The notes under the pieces were generated by a model that saw only the letters and a list, made by a program, of their open reading frames with translations, did not search any database and was not told where the DNA came from. Shown piece after piece: positions 22,665 to 31,152 of a stretch of 32,321 nt of DNA. The first letter of the stretch is position 1, and every line of letters starts with the position of its first letter. The position numbers and the translations under genes were made by a program. Source of the stretch: an uncultured Candidatus Saccharibacteria bacterium (GTDB taxonomy: Bacteria; Patescibacteriota; Minisyncoccia; Phycocordibacterales; VMEP01); NCBI GenBank assembly GCA_964361185.1, contig CAYHZS010000002.1:1-32321 (forward strand), written 5' to 3'.

Positions 22665-24611
22665 ATGTTCGAACCGAAAAAAGATGAGAGTTCTCTAGAT
22701 TCGCTTAAAAAGAGGCTGTATACGCGGAGCAGTTTTATCAGGAGGCCTCTTAGAAAAGGGCGTTTGGAGGCGCATGGCGATAATGTCGAGGAATCTTGGC
22801 ATCCGGAAACTGTTGCGGATATTTATCCAGAATTGCCCAAAAAAGAAAAAATAAAAATGGGGCTATTTAAAAAATTTTTCATAGGATCCGCCATTTTTTT
22901 TGTGCTGGCGATTTTATACGCGAGCTATCAGTTTTTTGTTGGAGGGAATCTCGTTTCGTCGAAGAATATAGACATTACGGTCATAGGGCCGGCTTTCTCT
23001 TCAGGAGGAGACGAACTTTCCCTCCAGGTTTCCATAGAGAACAGAAATAGCGTGCCTCTTGAATTCGCGAAGCTTTTTATTGAATATCCCAAGGGAGCCT
23101 CGAACCTTAATTCATCCACAACTCCGGATATGGTGAGAAAGAGCATCCCTCTCCCTAAGATTTCTGCCGGCGGAATTAACCAGCAAGTGGTAAAAGTTAC
23201 TCTTTACGGAGAAGAAGGTAGCCAGCAAGCAATTAAATTTATGCTTGAATACAGGGTACAGGGCTCAAACGCTATTTTTCGGAAGGAAAGTCCGTATCAG
23301 GTCCGCATAAGTTCCGCGCCGATAAATTTGGATTTGGAGGCTCCCAGGACGGTTAATTCAAGCCAGGAATTCATTCTGAAAATAAATATCTCGTCGAACG
23401 CGCCAAAAGATGTTCCAGGGGTATTGCTCTCGGTTGATTATCCGTCAGGGTTTGCCTTTAAAGATGCCAATCCGAAGCCCGCGTACGGCAATAATGTGTG
23501 GAAATTAGGTGATTTGCACACCGGAAGTTCCCGTTTGATTAGCGTGACGGGCGCACTCTCCGGCGAGGACGGCGAGGAGCGAACCGTCCGGATATTAAGC
23601 GGGTCGGCTTCTTCGGATGATGAAAAAACAATAGGTGTTATTTATAATTCCGTTTTTCGTACGATTTCTATACAGCGCCCATTTTTAGACGCGCAGGTTT
23701 ACTTGAACGGAGATTCTGGCGATAGTGTGACAATATACCCAGACGAAGAAGTAAAAGGTTTGGTAGTCTGGAAAAATAATCTTCCGACCAGAATTGTGAA
23801 CGCTAGCATCAGTGTTAAGTTTTCAGGCAGTGCTTTTGACAGGACTTCCGTGTCAGGGGATCGCGGATTCTATAATTCCTTGGATAATACGATTGTGTGG
23901 GATAAAAACAATGTCACGGATTTTGTGATAATTGAACCCGGGGAAACAGGCAAGATTTCGTTTACTTTCAGGCCATTACCCCTTTTTTCGTCCGGGAAAG
24001 GGATTATATCGAAGCCTGAGGTAAGTTTAAGTACCAAGGTGACAGGAGAAGTTAACGTGAGTGGTGGGGGAAGCAATGGGGAATCAGCTACGGTGTTGAA
24101 TGTTGCTAAGGTCTCAACAGGCCTCCAGCTTCTCGGGAGCGCTACTTATTCTGTAGGACCATTCAAAAATACCGGACCGATACCGCCGGTTGCCGATTTA
24201 GAAACCACCTATACCGTCACATGGAACGTCAGGAATTCCTCGAATGACGTGACAGGAGCGGTAGTTACGACAACCCTCCCCCCATATGTTAAGTGGTTTA
24301 ACCGTATTTACCCGGAGGATGAAGATTTGTCATATGATGAAAACACTAAAACCGTGACTTGGAGGATTGGGACCATTTCGGCCGGAGTAGGGTACGGAAG
24401 TTTGGCCAGAGAAACATCTTTCCAAGTGAAGCTTGTTCCATCACTCTCTCACGTGGGGAGTTCGGTGAGGATCATAAACGAAACTGCTTTTTCCGGAACA
24501 GACACGTTCGCCGGAATTTTATTGAAAGGAAGCAAGATACCGCTTACTACCAGAATGAACAATGATCCTGGTTTTAAGCCCAATGACGACATTGTTGTTT
24601 CTCCAGAGTAA
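22665..24611 (+). CDS. Membrane-anchored, beta-rich surface protein (hypothetical, 648 aa)
   Basis: Basic N-terminal cytoplasmic segment and a single TM helix (FFIGSAIFFVLAILYASYQFFV). A long Ser/Thr/Val/Asn-rich ectodomain follows, with repeated beta-sandwich-like segments. Confidence 0.7.
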   Translation: MFEPKKDESSLDSLKKRLYTRSSFIRRPLRKGRLEAHGDNVEESWHPETVADIYPELPKKEKIKMGLFKKFFIGSAIFFVLAILYASYQFFVGGNLVSSKNIDITVIGPAFSSGGDELSLQVSIENRNSVPLEFAKLFIEYPKGASNLNSSTTPDMVRKSIPLPKISAGGINQQVVKVTLYGEEGSQQAIKFMLEYRVQGSNAIFRKESPYQVRISSAPINLDLEAPRTVNSSQEFILKINISSNAPKDVPGVLLSVDYPSGFAFKDANPKPAYGNNVWKLGDLHTGSSRLISVTGALSGEDGEERTVRILSGSASSDDEKTIGVIYNSVFRTISIQRPFLDAQVYLNGDSGDSVTIYPDEEVKGLVVWKNNLPTRIVNASISVKFSGSAFDRTSVSGDRGFYNSLDNTIVWDKNNVTDFVIIEPGETGKISFTFRPLPLFSSGKGIISKPEVSLSTKVTGEVNVSGGGSNGESATVLNVAKVSTGLQLLGSATYSVGPFKNTGPIPPVADLETTYTVTWNVRNSSNDVTGAVVTTTLPPYVKWFNRIYPEDEDLSYDENTKTVTWRIGTISAGVGYGSLARETSFQVKLVPSLSHVGSSVRIINETAFSGTDTFAGILLKGSKIPLTTRMNNDPGFKPNDDIVVSPE

Positions 24612-24635
24612 TGTTAGAAATGTATAATCAAATAT

Positions 24636-25979
24636 ATGGCAAGTAAAATTGAAACGAAACTAGACAAAATAGTGTCTCTCGCCAAAAGGCGAGGCTTTAT
24701 TTATCAGGGTTCTGAAATATACGGGGGACTCTCAGGAATATATGACTATGGACCTCTTGGGGTTGAACTTCGCCACAACATAAAGCAGCATTTTTGGAAA
24801 AAATTTATAACTGAACGCGAGGATGTATACGGAATGAGCGCGGCAATTTTGATGCCAGAGAGAGTATGGGAAGCCTCAGGTCATACCGAGCTTTTTACCG
24901 ACCCTTTGGTAGAATGCAAACTTTGCCATGAGCGTGTTCGCGCGGATCAGCCGGAAGTTATATCTAACCATGAAGAAGTCCATAAAAAAGACAAGAAAAA
25001 GATTGAATGGTCTGAACCGCAAGTTTTCAACTTGCTGGTCGAAACAAAATTGGGTGCTTCGGAAAAAACCGCTACAAATGTCTACCTTAGAGGGGAAATT
25101 ACTCAAGGTGTTCATGTAAATTTCAAGAACATTCTTGACTCGATGCATCCGAGGATTCCTTTTGGGATAGGTCAGATTGGTAAGGCTTTCAGGAATGAAA
25201 TTACTCCGAGAGATTTTTTATTCCGCCAACGGGAATTTGAACAGATGGAATTGCAGTATTACATTAAACCGAATGAGCAAATTGGCTTGGAAATGTTTGA
25301 AATATGGAAACATCATTCGCTTGAGTGGTATTACAGTCTCGGTTTCTCCAAAGATAGCCTAAGATTACGCCAACATGGTCCGGATGAAAGGGCCCATTAT
25401 GCCAAAGATGCCTGGGATATTGAATACAATACGCCGTTTGCCGGGTGGAAAGAGGCTTGGGGCGTACACCATCGGGGAGACTGGGACCTTAAAAGGCATA
25501 GCGAATATTCTGGCGTAGACATGTCATATTATGACGAAACGACGAAAGAACGCTTTATTCCCTGGGACATAGAATGTTCCGGCGGAGTCGATCGTGCGGT
25601 ACTGTTTTTGCTTCTTGAGAGCTATACGGAAGATGAAATGAACGGCGAGTTGCGCGCTTACCTAAAATTTAACCCTCGGGTGGCGCCGATTAAAGCGGCC
25701 GTTTTTCCGCTTCTTAAAAATAAACCGGAACTCGTGGAAAAAGCGCGCACGGTATACGAAGCTTTGAAGAAAGAATTCGGCGCGATTATGTTCGACGACA
25801 ATGGTAATATTGGCAAGCGCTACAGGAGGCAGGACGAAATCGGCACGCCGTACTGCATCACGATAGATTTCGACACGTTGGGCGATGACACGGTGACTAT
25901 CCGTGACCGCGATACCGGGAAGCAGGACAGAGTCCCTGTAAATGAGCTTATTCCGTTTTTTAAGCAAACAATTCTTTAG
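24636..25979 (+). CDS. glyQS: Glycine--tRNA ligase (dimeric class II type)
   Basis: KRRGFIYQGSEIYGGLSGIYDYGPLGVEL, FRNEITPR and GVDR motifs. Confidence 0.95.
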   Translation: MASKIETKLDKIVSLAKRRGFIYQGSEIYGGLSGIYDYGPLGVELRHNIKQHFWKKFITEREDVYGMSAAILMPERVWEASGHTELFTDPLVECKLCHERVRADQPEVISNHEEVHKKDKKKIEWSEPQVFNLLVETKLGASEKTATNVYLRGEITQGVHVNFKNILDSMHPRIPFGIGQIGKAFRNEITPRDFLFRQREFEQMELQYYIKPNEQIGLEMFEIWKHHSLEWYYSLGFSKDSLRLRQHGPDERAHYAKDAWDIEYNTPFAGWKEAWGVHHRGDWDLKRHSEYSGVDMSYYDETTKERFIPWDIECSGGVDRAVLFLLLESYTEDEMNGELRAYLKFNPRVAPIKAAVFPLLKNKPELVEKARTVYEALKKEFGAIMFDDNGNIGKRYRRQDEIGTPYCITIDFDTLGDDTVTIRDRDTGKQDRVPVNELIPFFKQTIL

Positions 25980-25982
25980 TAG

Positions 25983-26009
25983 TTGTTGGTTGTGGAGTTT
26001 GGTTGTATC
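25983..26009 (+). repeat. Heptad array G: TTGTTGG TTGTGGA GTTTGG TTGTATC
   Basis: It starts 4 nt after the glyQS stop and ends 15 nt before the transporter ATG. One unit is 6 nt long. Confidence 0.65.
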
Positions 26010-26024
26010 ATAGATTCAACTTAT

Positions 26025-27098
26025 ATGGAGAATAATCGAATGACGATCAATATTGGATGGGGGACAATGATTCGCGCAATTTTGGTAGTCCTCCTGTTCG
26101 TTGCGATTTATATACTGAAAGACATAGTACTTATTATATTGACGGCAGTCATTCTTGCTTCTTCCATAGAGCCGGCGACGAGATGGCTTGTAAGGTATAA
26201 ATTCCCGCGCGTAATCGCGGTTATCACGCTGTTTGCCGCCGTTATAGTCTTGTTTGCGGGAGTGTTTTATTTTTTTCTGCCACCACTTCTGGATGACCTT
26301 TCTGGTTTTATTTCTTCAATACCTGACTATCTGCAGTCCTTTAGTTTTAGTGGCAATACTTCTCTATCGTCGCTTTTCGGATCGCAAGGTGTGATGGACG
26401 ACCTTTCCGGAGTTGCTCTGTCTCCGAAAGAATTCGTAAGCGAACTCAAAACTGCCTTCTTTGATTTTTCTGGGGGGATATTCCATGGTGTTAATATTAT
26501 TTTTGGGGGTCTTCTTTCCTTTGTCCTTATCGTTGTTATCTCCTTTTATTTGGCTGTACAGGAGAGAGGGATAGAGAACTTTTTGAAGGTAGTTACTCCG
26601 CTCAAGCATGAAAAATATGTAATTGACTTATGGACGCGTACCCAACATAAAATCGGGCTTTGGATGCAGGGACAGCTTATTCTCGGGCTCCTTATGGGGG
26701 TTTTTGTGTATTTGGGTCTGGCTATTTTAAATGTTCCATACGCGCTTCTTCTCGGAGTCCTTGCCGCTTTTTTCGAACTGATTCCTCTTTTCGGGCCTAT
26801 TTTGGCGGCGGTGCCGGCAGTAGCTATTGCTTTCATAAACATTGGTCCGACTATCGGACTCATAGTTATAGGGTTTTATGTAATTATGCAACAATTTGAA
26901 AATCATCTCATTTACCCATTGGTCGTGAGAAAAGTCATCGGTGTCCCTCCGTTGGTCGTTATACTCGCGCTTCTTATTTTTGGCAAACTTTTCGGTTTTC
27001 TCGGTCTTATAATCGCCGTGCCGGCGGTAACTATGTTGCTAGAAATAGCTGACGATATAGAAAAAAGCAAAGGTGCCAGGAGAAGCAAGGCAGCGTAG
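26025..27098 (+). CDS. AI-2E family transporter (PerM/UPF0118)
   Basis: Polytopic protein whose C-terminal half (ELIPLFGPILAAVPAVAIAF...QQFENHLIYPLVV) is typical of the AI-2E family. The ATG at 26025 is preferred over the TTG at 25983. Confidence 0.85.
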   Translation: MENNRMTINIGWGTMIRAILVVLLFVAIYILKDIVLIILTAVILASSIEPATRWLVRYKFPRVIAVITLFAAVIVLFAGVFYFFLPPLLDDLSGFISSIPDYLQSFSFSGNTSLSSLFGSQGVMDDLSGVALSPKEFVSELKTAFFDFSGGIFHGVNIIFGGLLSFVLIVVISFYLAVQERGIENFLKVVTPLKHEKYVIDLWTRTQHKIGLWMQGQLILGLLMGVFVYLGLAILNVPYALLLGVLAAFFELIPLFGPILAAVPAVAIAFINIGPTIGLIVIGFYVIMQQFENHLIYPLVVRKVIGVPPLVVILALLIFGKLFGFLGLIIAVPAVTMLLEIADDIEKSKGARRSKAA

Positions 27099-27255
27099 TC
27101 GTCTCCGGTTCGTCTTCGTATAAAGCTTTCGCTTTTCGTCAGCTCCGTTAAGAGGCCGCGTTTACGCAGTTGGCGGATTTTTAGCTGAAAACTGGAAAAT
27201 TTTATGAAAATTGATATTGTATGGTATCAGGAGGATACAGCCTGCTATTGAAGAG

Positions 27256-28809
27256 ATGAAAGAAACTTTTTACTTAACGACAGCCATACATTATGCTAAT
27301 GCCGCGCCTCATATAGGGCACGCGTACGAAGATGTACTCGCGGACATTATTGCTCGTTACAAACGGTCGCGCGGTTTCGACGTGTATTTTTTGACGGGAA
27401 CGGACGAGCACGGCTCAAACATTTTACGCAAGGCAAAAGAGGAAGGTATTGGCCCTCAGGCTCTTGTTGATAAAAATAAGGCCTTATTTCAGGATCTTTT
27501 TGATAAACTTTCTGTTTCGTACGACGACTTCATAAGAACCTCTGACAAAAATAAGCATTGGCCCGGAGCTGTGGCTTTATGGGAAGCTCTCCAAGCAAAG
27601 GGGGATATTTATAAAAAGAAATACAGCGGTCTTTATTGCGTGGGATGCGAAGAATTTAAGACGGAAAAAGACCTGGTCTTAGGCAAATGCCCTGAGCACG
27701 ACAGGGTTCCGGAAATAATTGAGGAAGAGAATTATTTTTTCAGGGCTTCCAAATATAGCAGTGAAATTTTAAACAAAATCGAGTCAGGAGAAATAAAAAT
27801 TACTCCTGATTTCAGAAAAAGTGAAATTGTCTCGTTCCTTAAAGAGGGTTTTGAGGACGTAAGCTTATCCAGAGCGGAAGGGGATATCCCCTGGGGGATT
27901 CCCGTACCCGGAGACGCTTCTCAGACAATGTATGTTTGGTGCGATGCTCTGACAAACTATATTTCCGCCTTGGGTTATGGCAGAGATAGAGAGCTTTTTG
28001 AAAAATACTGGCCGGCAAACATGCATATAGTCGGTAAGGGAATCTTCCGTTTTCACGCGGCACTTTGGCCAGCCATGCTTTTATCAGCTGGTATCCAATT
28101 ACCTAAGGAGATTTTCGTCCATGGATACATTACCTCCGGAGGGAAGAAAATGTCTAAAACGATTGGCAATGTCGTGGACCCAAAAGAAATTGTTGATAAG
28201 TACGGGGCGGAAGCATTTCGCTATTTTATGGCGCGCGAGATATCTCCTTTCGAGGACGGGGATTTTACGGAGGAAAAATTTGTAACTGCCTATAACGCCA
28301 ATCTGGCGAACGGCCTGGGTAACCTGGTGTCGCGGGTTCTTAAAATGTCCGAAACCTATTTTGGAGGAATAGTTAAGGGGACGAATCCGGAAAACGTTCC
28401 GATAAAAGAACATATAGGAATGCTCGAGGGAGAAGAACAAATTGACGGCTTCAGTCTTCCGTACATCATACAGGAAAAAAGAATACCCCGGTATCAGGAA
28501 TGGATGGATAAATACGAGATCCAGCGCGGGAGCGATGTAGTCTGGAGATTAATTCAAGAACTTGATGGCTACGTATCTTCCTATGAGCCGTTCAAACTGG
28601 TAAAAACCGACAAATCAAAAACGGAAGATATTTTGTGGAATCTGCTCTACGGACTTTATTATGTTGGAAAAATGATAGAGCCGATATTGCCTGATACAAG
28701 CACTAAGATAAGCGCTCTTCTCGGCGCATCAATCGGCCAAAACGGCGAACCGGTGTCTTTTTCCACAAAATCCCTCGAAAATCCTCTTTTTATCCGTATC
28801 GGAGAATAG
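27256..28809 (+). CDS. metG: Methionine--tRNA ligase (short form without C-terminal tRNA-binding domain)
   Basis: YANAAPHIGHAYE (HIGH), KMSKTIGN and the CVGCEEF...CPEHD zinc knuckle. The ATG at 27256 is preferred. Confidence 0.95.
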   Translation: MKETFYLTTAIHYANAAPHIGHAYEDVLADIIARYKRSRGFDVYFLTGTDEHGSNILRKAKEEGIGPQALVDKNKALFQDLFDKLSVSYDDFIRTSDKNKHWPGAVALWEALQAKGDIYKKKYSGLYCVGCEEFKTEKDLVLGKCPEHDRVPEIIEEENYFFRASKYSSEILNKIESGEIKITPDFRKSEIVSFLKEGFEDVSLSRAEGDIPWGIPVPGDASQTMYVWCDALTNYISALGYGRDRELFEKYWPANMHIVGKGIFRFHAALWPAMLLSAGIQLPKEIFVHGYITSGGKKMSKTIGNVVDPKEIVDKYGAEAFRYFMAREISPFEDGDFTEEKFVTAYNANLANGLGNLVSRVLKMSETYFGGIVKGTNPENVPIKEHIGMLEGEEQIDGFSLPYIIQEKRIPRYQEWMDKYEIQRGSDVVWRLIQELDGYVSSYEPFKLVKTDKSKTEDILWNLLYGLYYVGKMIEPILPDTSTKISALLGASIGQNGEPVSFSTKSLENPLFIRIGE

Positions 28810-28811
28810 GC

Positions 28812-29597
28812 ATGCGGTTCTTTGACGCGCATTCTCACATACACGGCAAAGAATTCGACGCCGATCGAAGCGAAGTCTTGGCGCGCATGCGCGCAACGGA
28901 CGTTTCAACAATTACTGTCGGTACACATTTTGAAAGTTCTGAGAAAGCTGTCGCATTGGCGGAAAAAGAAAAAAATATTTGGGCAACAGTGGGGCTTCAT
29001 CCGACTGATACCAAAGAATCGTTTGATTATGAAGCCTATAAAAAATTGGCATTGTCCCCGCGCGTTGTGGCGATAGGCGAGTGTGGCTTGGATTATTTCT
29101 GGGAAGGAGATGGTGATGAGCGCGAAAAGCAAAAAGAAAAATTCAAGACTCAAATAAATCTCGCGCTTGAAATAGGTAAGCCTATAATGATACATAGTCG
29201 GCCGTCCCGCGGGAGTATGGATGCGTACGAAAATGTCTTGGATATTCTAACCTCTAACTTCTCACTCCCAACCTCCCAATCTCCCGGCAACGTGCATTTT
29301 TTTGTCGGTAACGAAAAGATCGCACGTAGATTTCTCGAACTTGGTTTTACGATGTCCTTTACGGGAGTAATTACTTTTGCGCGAGATTATGACGAGGTTA
29401 TAAAATTTTTGCCATTGAGTTCTATTTTATCCGAGACAGACTGTCCCTATGTTTCCCCCGTGCCATACCGCGGGAAGCGCAACGAGCCGGCTTACGTGGC
29501 GGAAGTGGCCAGGAAGATTGCGGAAATAAAAGATATTTCAATTGACCAGACAGTCTCTGCCATTGCCGGAAACATCAACCGCGTCTTCGGGGTTTAA
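28812..29597 (+). CDS. tatD: TatD-family metal-dependent hydrolase (DNase)
   Basis: FFDAHSHI, GECGLDY, MIHSR, HFF.G and ETDCPY motifs. Confidence 0.9.
   Translation: MRFFDAHSHIHGKEFDADRSEVLARMRATDVSTITVGTHFESSEKAVALAEKEKNIWATVGLHPTDTKESFDYEAYKKLALSPRVVAIGECGLDYFWEGDGDEREKQKEKFKTQINLALEIGKPIMIHSRPSRGSMDAYENVLDILTSNFSLPTSQSPGNVHFFVGNEKIARRFLELGFTMSFTGVITFARDYDEVIKFLPLSSILSETDCPYVSPVPYRGKRNEPAYVAEVARKIAEIKDISIDQTVSAIAGNINRVFGV
29244..29285 (-). repeat. Heptad array H inside tatD: ATTCTAA CCTCTAA CTTCTCA CTCCCAA CCTCCCA ATCTCCC
   Basis: Six 7-mers encoding ILTSNFSLPTSQSP. They share CCAATCTCC with the right arm of array I. Confidence 0.7.
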
Positions 29598-29624
29598 CTT
29601 CCAGTGTTGCCGTACGAGCAACTT

Positions 29625-29653
29625 TTGACTTACTGTTGGTCATTTGGTAGTAT
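29625..29653 (+). promoter_or_regulatory. Promoter of rpsF-ssb-rpsR: TTGACT-17 nt-TAGTAT with TG extension
   Basis: The -35 is at 29625-29630 and the -10 at 29648-29653, preceded by TGg. It lies 16 nt upstream of the rpsF ATG. Confidence 0.6.
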
Positions 29654-29669
29654 GCCTCAATAGAAAATT

Positions 29670-30149
29670 ATGACTGAAAATGACGACAAAGGGAGCAAAA
29701 TCTATGAAGTTGGCTACCTCCTTGTGCCTGAGCTTTCCGAAAGCGCAGTAGCCGAAGAGGTCGGTAATTTAAAGTCTCTTATTTTGGACACCGTCGGCGC
29801 AGCCGAGATTGGAAGTGAAATGCCTAAAATGATTGACTTAAGCTACCAAATGGAGAAACGTGTCGGGTCCAAGAAAGTATTTTATACCAAAGCTCATTTC
29901 GGCTGGATTAAATTTGAGCTTCACTCCGGGAAAATTGCCGACGTGAAAGAATCTCTCGCCAAAAACAATAAAATAATTCGTTTCCTAATTATTAAGACTG
30001 TTCGCGAAAATACCATGGTGGCGAAGAAAGTGTTTGTGCGCCAACCCGAAGCGGCAGCGCGTAAAAAACCTGGGATTGCCGGCGAGCAGGCTCCGGCCAT
30101 GACGGAAGAAGAAATGGACAAAACAATTGAGGAATTAGTTATTGAATAA
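29670..30149 (+). CDS. rpsF: 30S ribosomal protein S6 with extended acidic C-terminal tail
   Basis: YEVGYLLVPELSE start and its position before ssb and rpsR. At 159 aa it is longer than typical S6. Confidence 0.9.
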   Translation: MTENDDKGSKIYEVGYLLVPELSESAVAEEVGNLKSLILDTVGAAEIGSEMPKMIDLSYQMEKRVGSKKVFYTKAHFGWIKFELHSGKIADVKESLAKNNKIIRFLIIKTVRENTMVAKKVFVRQPEAAARKKPGIAGEQAPAMTEEEMDKTIEELVIE

Positions 30150-30152
30150 AAA

Positions 30153-30222
30153 TTAGAAGTTAAAGATGAGAAGTTGGCAGTTAGGAAATCAAATTTCCAA
30201 TCTCCAACTTCCAATATCAAAA
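30153..30222. repeat. Heptad array I: five T/G-type units, then C/A-type units, forming an imperfect long palindrome
   Basis: TTAGAAG TTAAAGA TGAGAAG TTGGCAG TTAGGAA ATCAAAT TTCCAAT CTCCAAC TTCCAAT ATCAAAA. The centre GGAAAT-CAA-ATTTCC is a perfect 6-bp stem. The array fills the rpsF-ssb spacer. Confidence 0.8.
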
Positions 30223-30225
30223 TTC

Positions 30226-30651
30226 ATGTACGTCAATAAAGCGCTAATTTACGGCAACTTAACCCGCGATCCGGAATTAAAGTCTCTTCCTTCGGGAAAC
30301 AAAGTGTGCAGTTTTTCCATAGCTACAAATCGGGTGTGGAAGGGAGAAGACGGTTCAAAAAAGGAGGCTGTCGATTATCACAATATTGTCGTCTTCGGCA
30401 GGCAGGCTGAAACGAGCGCCCAGTATTTAAGAAAAGGAGCAGGCGTTTTTATAGAAGGAAGGATGCAAACGCGGAGCTGGGAGCAGGAAGGGCAGAAAAA
30501 ATACCGCACGGAAATTGTGGCTGACAGAGTGCAATTTGGTCCGCGTCCCGGCGGAGGGGGAGGAAGCGCACCTCAAGCGGTGGCTCCCGTGGAGACACCG
30601 GCAATTGAGTATCCGGAAGAAGACATAAATCCGGAAGACATTCCGTTTTAA
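30226..30651 (+). CDS. ssb: Single-stranded DNA-binding protein
   Basis: NKALIYGNLTRDPELK in the OB fold, a Gly-rich linker and a C-terminal acidic tip ending DIPF. The ATG at 30226 is preferred. The ORF-track start at 30166 reads through array I. Confidence 0.95.
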   Translation: MYVNKALIYGNLTRDPELKSLPSGNKVCSFSIATNRVWKGEDGSKKEAVDYHNIVVFGRQAETSAQYLRKGAGVFIEGRMQTRSWEQEGQKKYRTEIVADRVQFGPRPGGGGGSAPQAVAPVETPAIEYPEEDINPEDIPF

Positions 30652-30694
30652 GCGAATTGGCCTCCGACGCAGCGTCGGAGTCGCTAAACCTTAA

Positions 30695-30799
30695 TCCCTC
30701 CCCACTTTTATTGATTAGTAGTAAGAAATGTGATAGGTTTTAGAAACAAATAAATTTTAAATGGATGATTATAGGTTAATGAATAAAAGTGGGGAGGGA
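30695..30799. repeat. 105-bp segment bounded by an 18-bp perfect inverted repeat
   Basis: TCCCTCCCCACTTTTATT (30695-30712) pairs with AATAAAAGTGGGGAGGGA (30782-30799) around a 69-nt AT-rich interior. It sits in the ssb-rpsR spacer. Confidence 0.85.
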
Positions 30800-30840
30800 C
30801 ATTATTTTCAAAAACTCGCCTAGCTCGCTCTAGAAAATAT

Positions 30841-31044
30841 ATGAAGAAACAGTGTTACTTCGATTCAAATAACATCAAGCACATCGACTACAAAGATGTC
30901 GAGACTTTGAAGAAATTCATAAATCCGCACGCCCGCATGGTTTCAAAGAGGCGCTCCAGCGTGTCTTCCAAAAATCAGCGTAAGTTGGCTGTTGCCATAA
31001 AGCGTGCCCGTTTTATGGGGCTCCTTCCTTTCGTGGCGAAATAA
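30841..31044 (+). CDS. rpsR: 30S ribosomal protein S18
   Basis: IDYKDVETLKKFI...RRSSVSSKNQRKLAVAIKRARFMGLLPF. Confidence 0.95.
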   Translation: MKKQCYFDSNNIKHIDYKDVETLKKFINPHARMVSKRRSSVSSKNQRKLAVAIKRARFMGLLPFVAK

Positions 31045-31082
31045 CCAGAAGATCTACGACTCGCGATTTACAAATTACTCTT

Positions 31083-31109
31083 AAAATACCGCCACAAGGC
31101 GGTATTTTA
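31083..31109. terminator. Bidirectional terminator between rpsR (+) and efp (-)
   Basis: AAAATACCGCC, loop ACAA, then GGCGGTATTTT. Confidence 0.8.
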
Positions 31110-31124
31110 GCAATTTAAATTTAG

Positions 31125-31152
31125 TTGTAGGTCGTAAGTTGTTGGTTATTTG
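31125..31152 (+). repeat. Heptad array J: TTGTAGG TCGTAAG TTGTTGG TTATTTG
   Basis: Four 7-mers that overlap the efp stop codon (31146-31148). Confidence 0.7.

Noticed and set aside
27099-27255. 157-bp region upstream of metG considered as a T-box or other riboswitch leader; AGGAGG at 27229-27234 considered as the metG SD
   Set aside because: I could find no T-box consensus or specifier/antiterminator arrangement. The AGGAGG lies 21 nt from the ATG, which is too far to serve as its SD. A 12-codon upstream ORF ending in ATGA at the metG start is noted but unsupported.
30662-30680. Hairpin CTCCGAC-GCAGC-GTCGGAG after ssb considered as an intrinsic terminator
   Set aside because: No T-run follows it, and rpsR downstream has no recognisable promoter of its own. 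It is more likely a stabilising or processing stem within the operon transcript.
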